A stretch of DNA of 64,000 nt, taken from IMG/VR virus record IMGVR_UViG_3300045988_179014, positions 32,001 through 96,000 of that record; one strand, given 5' to 3'. This document shows positions 60,351 to 64,000 of this stretch, piece by piece. The translations under genes were made by a program, and so were the position numbers. The DNA is from a virus. Position 1 is the first letter of the stretch, and each line of letters opens with the position of its first letter. The notes beneath the pieces are model-generated. The model saw nothing but the letters and a program-made list of their open reading frames with translations. It did no database searches and was not told the origin of the DNA.

Positions 60351-61153
60351 TGTAGGAGAGTTAGAATTGCTCTCCTAATGACAACCTTTTGCTGGATTAT
60401 GGTTTCCCAGCGTTTCCACGATGTCCCCACCGTAGTTGCCGCGCCTGGTTGCTATGGACCAACCACTCCTTATGTCGTACACTACTCCACAGATTTGGTT
60501 TCGACAAGCGGTTGCAAGCCGCTCATCTGCACTACTTTCTTATGAACACAGTTTGACCTTGCGAGTCGCACCATGGCTGAGTTCCGGAATACGGCTCAGC
60601 ATTAAGACGCTTTCATATACAACAGGAAAAGGCTTTTGCTTTCTGCTAATCTCTCATTCCACGAATGAATATGGGGTATGACTAGAGATGTGCTTTTCCA
60701 TGAAGTTCCGCAACCTTTTGGGCTACAGAATGCTTCACACCTCTACTGCTTTCGTTGTCACACTACTTACAGTCTCGTTCTCATCTTGAACTCGCCAATC
60801 CAAGACTTAAACTCATGGTATCCGCTCTTGCTTGACAGGCTCGAACTAAATACCTCGCATCACAAGTCATTTATCCTTGTTGTTTGTCTTCTCTGTCCAC
60901 TTTGCGTAAGTGGCTGTGCTACACCGATTGGCTCTCGCACAGATGAAGCAACTCGGATAAATGGCATCCTACTCCTTTTGTAGAATGCGCCTTGGTGCAG
61001 TGCATGAAGTGCCTCTTGCGAGGTGGCAGGCTGTCAAACCCACCTTTCGCCATCTTGCGATGGTTTATGCGTCATGCCGCGTCGTCAGGGAAGAAGTTTT
61101 GACACTTCATGATACAGAAATCATTCATCTACATGATTCCCTGTTATGTAATG

Positions 61154-61228
61154 TGCCCTTGAGAGGACTCGAACCTCCAACCTTCTGAGTCTAAGTCAGA
61201 TGCCTCTACCAGATTGGGCTACAAGGGC
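61154..61228 (-). tRNA. Type-I tRNA with anticodon TAG (leucine codon CUA).
   Basis: Perfect anticodon stem TCTGA/TCAGA with loop CTTAGAC. 5-nt variable loop. A73. T-loop TTCGAGT. Confidence 0.65.
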
Positions 61229-61386
61229 ATTAATATTCCTTGGTATTCACTGATTACTCTCGCTATAAAAACAAGAATAATCAGTGAACCAAGTAGCTAG
61301 ACTTATAGGGGCTACCCCGGCTAGCACCATGCGTTAGGGAGACCAACCAAGTTGACCTCCCCCTCAATGAGGACCTGAATCCTCAG

Positions 61387-61473
61387 CGGAGACGGCAGGA
61401 TTCGAACCTGCGGAAGGGATTGACCTTCACCCGCTTTCCAAGCGAGCGCTTTAGGCCTCTCAGCCACGTCTCC
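61387..61473 (-). tRNA. tRNA-Ser (GGA).
   Basis: Acceptor GGAGACG/CGTCTCC, anticodon loop TTGGAAA, long variable arm, G73. Confidence 0.85.
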
Positions 61474-61640
61474 ATTTAAGACTCTCTCTGAAGTTATCAT
61501 TTTCATGGTAGTTGTTGCTACTACTTTACCAGCTTAACCCATGGATTCCAATTTGTCAAATCGAGGTATTCCTCCAAACTTGGTCCATTCTTCAGTTGGT
61601 TTTACCAGTTTAACACACCTTTGAAAGCTATGTCAACTAG

Positions 61641-61732
61641 TGGCGGAGGACAAGGGAATCGAACCCTTACCGGAGTTGAATCCGGCCCTGTTTTCAAGAC
61701 AGGTGCAGCAACCCAATATCTGCCTGTCCTCC
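61641..61732 (-). tRNA. tRNA-Ser (TGA), CCA encoded.
   Basis: Acceptor GGAGGAC/GTCCTCC, anticodon loop CTTGAAA, long variable arm, 3' GCCA. Confidence 0.85.
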
Positions 61733-61791
61733 ATGGAGTTGTTGAATCAGTATACCATAGATTACACATTGATTCAACAACCACTATTGTT

Positions 61792-63375
61792 TTACTTTTC
61801 CCAAGGCCAACCAGTATCGAATCCTCTTTCAATGAGAGGAATCGTCTGGAACCCCTTATCAGACAATCCACCAAACGTGAATCGTCCGGGTTTATTGACA
61901 GCTTGTGCAGCTTCGTATCCAGCAAGATTCCAGGTAAAGGTTGGAACATTTGTTGGAACAACACCTTCAAATACGTCCACTGTACCACTATTGTAGTAAC
62001 GATTGTATCCAAAATAACCGTTCTGCTCATCGGTCAATAGGATTACTCTATCATGACCATTGTAGGCAGTTTCCAACGCAATACGTGTGTCAGTACCTCC
62101 AAAAGGCGCTGGCATGGCTTCTGCTACTCGAAGTAGGTCGTTTGAACGAATTTCCTGTTTCGTTGCCGAATCGTTGTACGTCCATACTTCTGCATTTTCC
62201 GCTCGCAGTGCTAGAGCAGCTGCAAACATATTAGCTGCATCTGAACGCAGTAATGTGCCTCTTCTTGACATATACGTATACATGGAACCGGAATTGTCAA
62301 CCAGAATAAGTGTACGTCCTGCCAATTGAGGAATATTGGATAGAGCGCCATTCGCCCCTTGTTGAAGCGCACCTGCAAAATCAAGCGGAGCTGACCGGTA
62401 AGCAGCCAAAAATTCTATAGGCATGGTGCGAGAATTTGCTACCAGTTTTTCATCTGCCAAAATGCTGTTGATTTTAGCAATAGTAGCAGGGCCAACACCT
62501 GAATCTGCAATACGACGTAAGTTCATACGCAACGCTTGATACCCCATGAAGGGAACGAGATTATCCCATACTTCAGCAGGAATCTTCCCCAAAGCTCCTG
62601 CCACAACTTCATGAGTCAACCGCGCTTTTCGGATGACGCGTTCAGCTTCATTCCCCGTTAGAAGTTCAACCTGTGCAGTCTTACTCAATGCCAAGAATTC
62701 ACGTCGTGCTTTGATGATGGGAAGGTTGCTGTCATCAAAATCGCGATTGTATGCATCAGCAATAACTGCATTGAATAAAGCTTCTTGGTGGATATCCTTT
62801 GGTGTGGGATGTGTCAGGTTTAACACATCTCGAAGTGACACAGCACCATTGGAAGCACGTCCACGCCACTTCAAAAAGGAAGTCTCGGTAAATAGGGTAT
62901 TCAGTGCATCTCCAACCCCACGTTTGACACATGAGGGGATACGGCGTCCATATCGAGACATCCAATACGCCAATACATCTGACGCTTCATCAATACGACC
63001 AATAGTAGCTCGTATAATGCCACGGTTCTTTCCAGCCAGTCCAGCATCCAACCGTGCTTTTACTGTTTCCACCGCAATAATGGTTGGGACTGAACGCAAT
63101 CCTACAACATTCCGTAGCCAACCGACTAAACCATGAACCCAATCAGCATCCATGGCAACATTGGATACTAATTTACTAATACGGTCTTGTCGTTCTTCTG
63201 CGGTTTCATAAAATGTGTCCTCATTGAGTGAAGTTACTGCGGTCAAGAACAGCTCGGAACGAGGGTCACGCTTATACCCAAATCCCCCTTCAGGATTTTG
63301 AATAACTTGACCAGTTGTTGATAATGGTCCTACAACATTCCGAACCTTCGTATTAGCATTGTTTAAACGAGCCAT
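61792..63375 (-). CDS. rsr: Ro60-like protein: TROVE domain with C-terminal von Willebrand A (MIDAS) domain.
   Basis: TROVE-like helical HEAT region in the N-terminal 350 aa. C-terminal vWA with a DxSxS MIDAS motif (LILVDNSGSMY). Adjacent to the tRNA array and the Y RNA-like module. Confidence 0.75.
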   Translation of the reverse strand: MARLNNANTKVRNVVGPLSTTGQVIQNPEGGFGYKRDPRSELFLTAVTSLNEDTFYETAEERQDRISKLVSNVAMDADWVHGLVGWLRNVVGLRSVPTIIAVETVKARLDAGLAGKNRGIIRATIGRIDEASDVLAYWMSRYGRRIPSCVKRGVGDALNTLFTETSFLKWRGRASNGAVSLRDVLNLTHPTPKDIHQEALFNAVIADAYNRDFDDSNLPIIKARREFLALSKTAQVELLTGNEAERVIRKARLTHEVVAGALGKIPAEVWDNLVPFMGYQALRMNLRRIADSGVGPATIAKINSILADEKLVANSRTMPIEFLAAYRSAPLDFAGALQQGANGALSNIPQLAGRTLILVDNSGSMYTYMSRRGTLLRSDAANMFAAALALRAENAEVWTYNDSATKQEIRSNDLLRVAEAMPAPFGGTDTRIALETAYNGHDRVILLTDEQNGYFGYNRYYNSGTVDVFEGVVPTNVPTFTWNLAGYEAAQAVNKPGRFTFGGLSDKGFQTIPLIERGFDTGWPWEK

Positions 63376-63504
63376 GATAACCTCTCTTTACGGTTTATAC
63401 AGGGGATATCGCTGGTGTTTTGAATCCACTGAGAACCAGCAAAACAAATACTGTTTGCCATAATTCTGGTCAGTATTTGTTTATTACATCAGGGATTGAT
63501 TTTG

Positions 63505-63578
63505 CGACCCGTACCGGACTCGAACCGGCGACCTCTGCCGTGACAGGGCAGCGCTCTAACCAACTGAGCTAACGGGCC
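63505..63578 (-). tRNA. tRNA-Asp (GTC).
   Basis: Acceptor GGCCCGT/ACGGGTC, anticodon loop CTGTCAC, T-loop TTCGAGT. Confidence 0.85.
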
Positions 63579-63590
63579 ATATTTTGTATT

Positions 63591-63669
63591 ACAAGATAGA
63601 GAATAATTTGTTGATGGTGGGTTAATATTGCGAATTGTGAAGTAACCATCAACTTCACTTCTATCTTGT
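63591..63669. repeat. Conserved structured spacer element, copy B.
   Basis: See copy A. Outer stem aagatagag/ctctatctt. Inner stem gttgatgg/ccatcaac and hairpin gtgaagt/acttcac are mutually exclusive alternatives. Confidence 0.5.
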
Positions 63670-63726
63670 GTAGTTCTATAGTCAATTATTCAACACAAAT
63701 CAACATGTGTAGAAATATGTTGTTGT

Positions 63727-63811
63727 GTCCATGATGGGAGTCGAACCCACACGCCCTTACGGACACTGCGCCCTCAACACAGCCTGTCTACCAAATTTCC
63801 AGCACATGGAC
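63727..63811 (-). tRNA. tRNA-Leu (GAG), type II.
   Basis: Acceptor GTCCATG/CATGGAC, A73, anticodon loop TTGAGGG, long variable arm, T-loop TTCGACT. Confidence 0.8.
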
Positions 63812-63936
63812 AAAATAATATATTAATTAATCTTAATAATTCTATGTTATTGTAACAATACCTTATCTGTTTTCAATAAAGCTTGTACATTGAAAATTGC
63901 TTTATTGACCATTGTTCTTTTTTTTACTAGTTTGGG

Positions 63937-64000
63937 TACGGATGACTGGATTCGAACCAGTGACCTTTTCCGCGTCATGGAAATGCTCTACCAACTGAGC
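63937..64000 (-). tRNA. tRNA-Val (GAC), 5' end cut by the window edge.
   Basis: D-arm GCTCAGTTGGTAGAGC, anticodon loop ATGACGC, T-loop TTCGAAT, acceptor 3' CATCCGT + A73. Confidence 0.75.

Noticed and set aside
60961-61188. 75-aa plus ORF.
   Set aside because: Overlaps the minus-strand tRNA at 61154-61228 and has no support. It is probably non-coding.
63841-63930. Hairpin caataaagc/gctttattg followed by a T8 run on the plus strand (terminator-like).
   Set aside because: It would terminate plus-strand transcription, but there are no plus-strand genes nearby. It is kept only as a possible antisense or bidirectional stop, too uncertain to list as a feature.
1-64000. CRISPR arrays or rRNA genes.
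   Set aside because: No regularly spaced direct repeats of 25-40 nt and no conserved 16S/23S/5S segments were seen. The only repeats are the iteron-like cluster, the two structured spacers and the duplicated promoter element.

Overview
This window looks like part of a large phage-like replicon, probably a jumbo phage or megaplasmid, rather than a cellular chromosome. GC content is moderate to low, coding is dense, and the coding strand is G+T rich.

Layout: two plus-strand genes at the left edge (a replication-relaxation-like winged-helix protein and a PilT-like ATPase). A 3.3 kb AT-rich, ORF-poor region with iteron-like direct repeats follows. From 6.4 kb to the right edge almost everything is on the minus strand.

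Main minus-strand gene sets:
- Replication and repair: NAD-dependent ligase, RadA, a GyrA/ParC-like topoisomerase II subunit A, RecX-like protein, a Cas4/RecB-like nuclease, DnaX, and a DnaE that is split into two ORFs with dnaX between them.
- A Tad/Flp-pilus-like secretion module: CpaE, CpaB, a VirB4-like ATPase, TadB/C-like proteins, CpaF and a possible Flp-like pilin.
- Nucleotide metabolism and accessory genes: dCMP deaminase, a MazG-like NTP pyrophosphohydrolase, a HIT-like protein, a CAAX protease, a degenerate FtsK-like protein and zinc-ribbon endonuclease-like proteins.
- A plus-strand island at 33.6-39.3 kb with a HAD phosphatase, an internally duplicated gene pair that also shares a duplicated upstream element, a TPM-like membrane protein and a TelA-like protein, followed by tandem NERD-like paralogs.

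The right 9 kb is a minus-strand tRNA array of at least 21 tRNAs, some with the CCA encoded, followed by a Ro60 (TROVE-vWA) gene. Inside the array there is a circularly permuted tRNA-like module closed by a long stem, which is a candidate Y RNA. There is also a second tRNA-like element, a conserved structured repeat, and two type-I tRNAs carrying leucine anticodons.

No CRISPR array and no rRNA were seen. Every call rests on motif reading by eye; no database search was possible.
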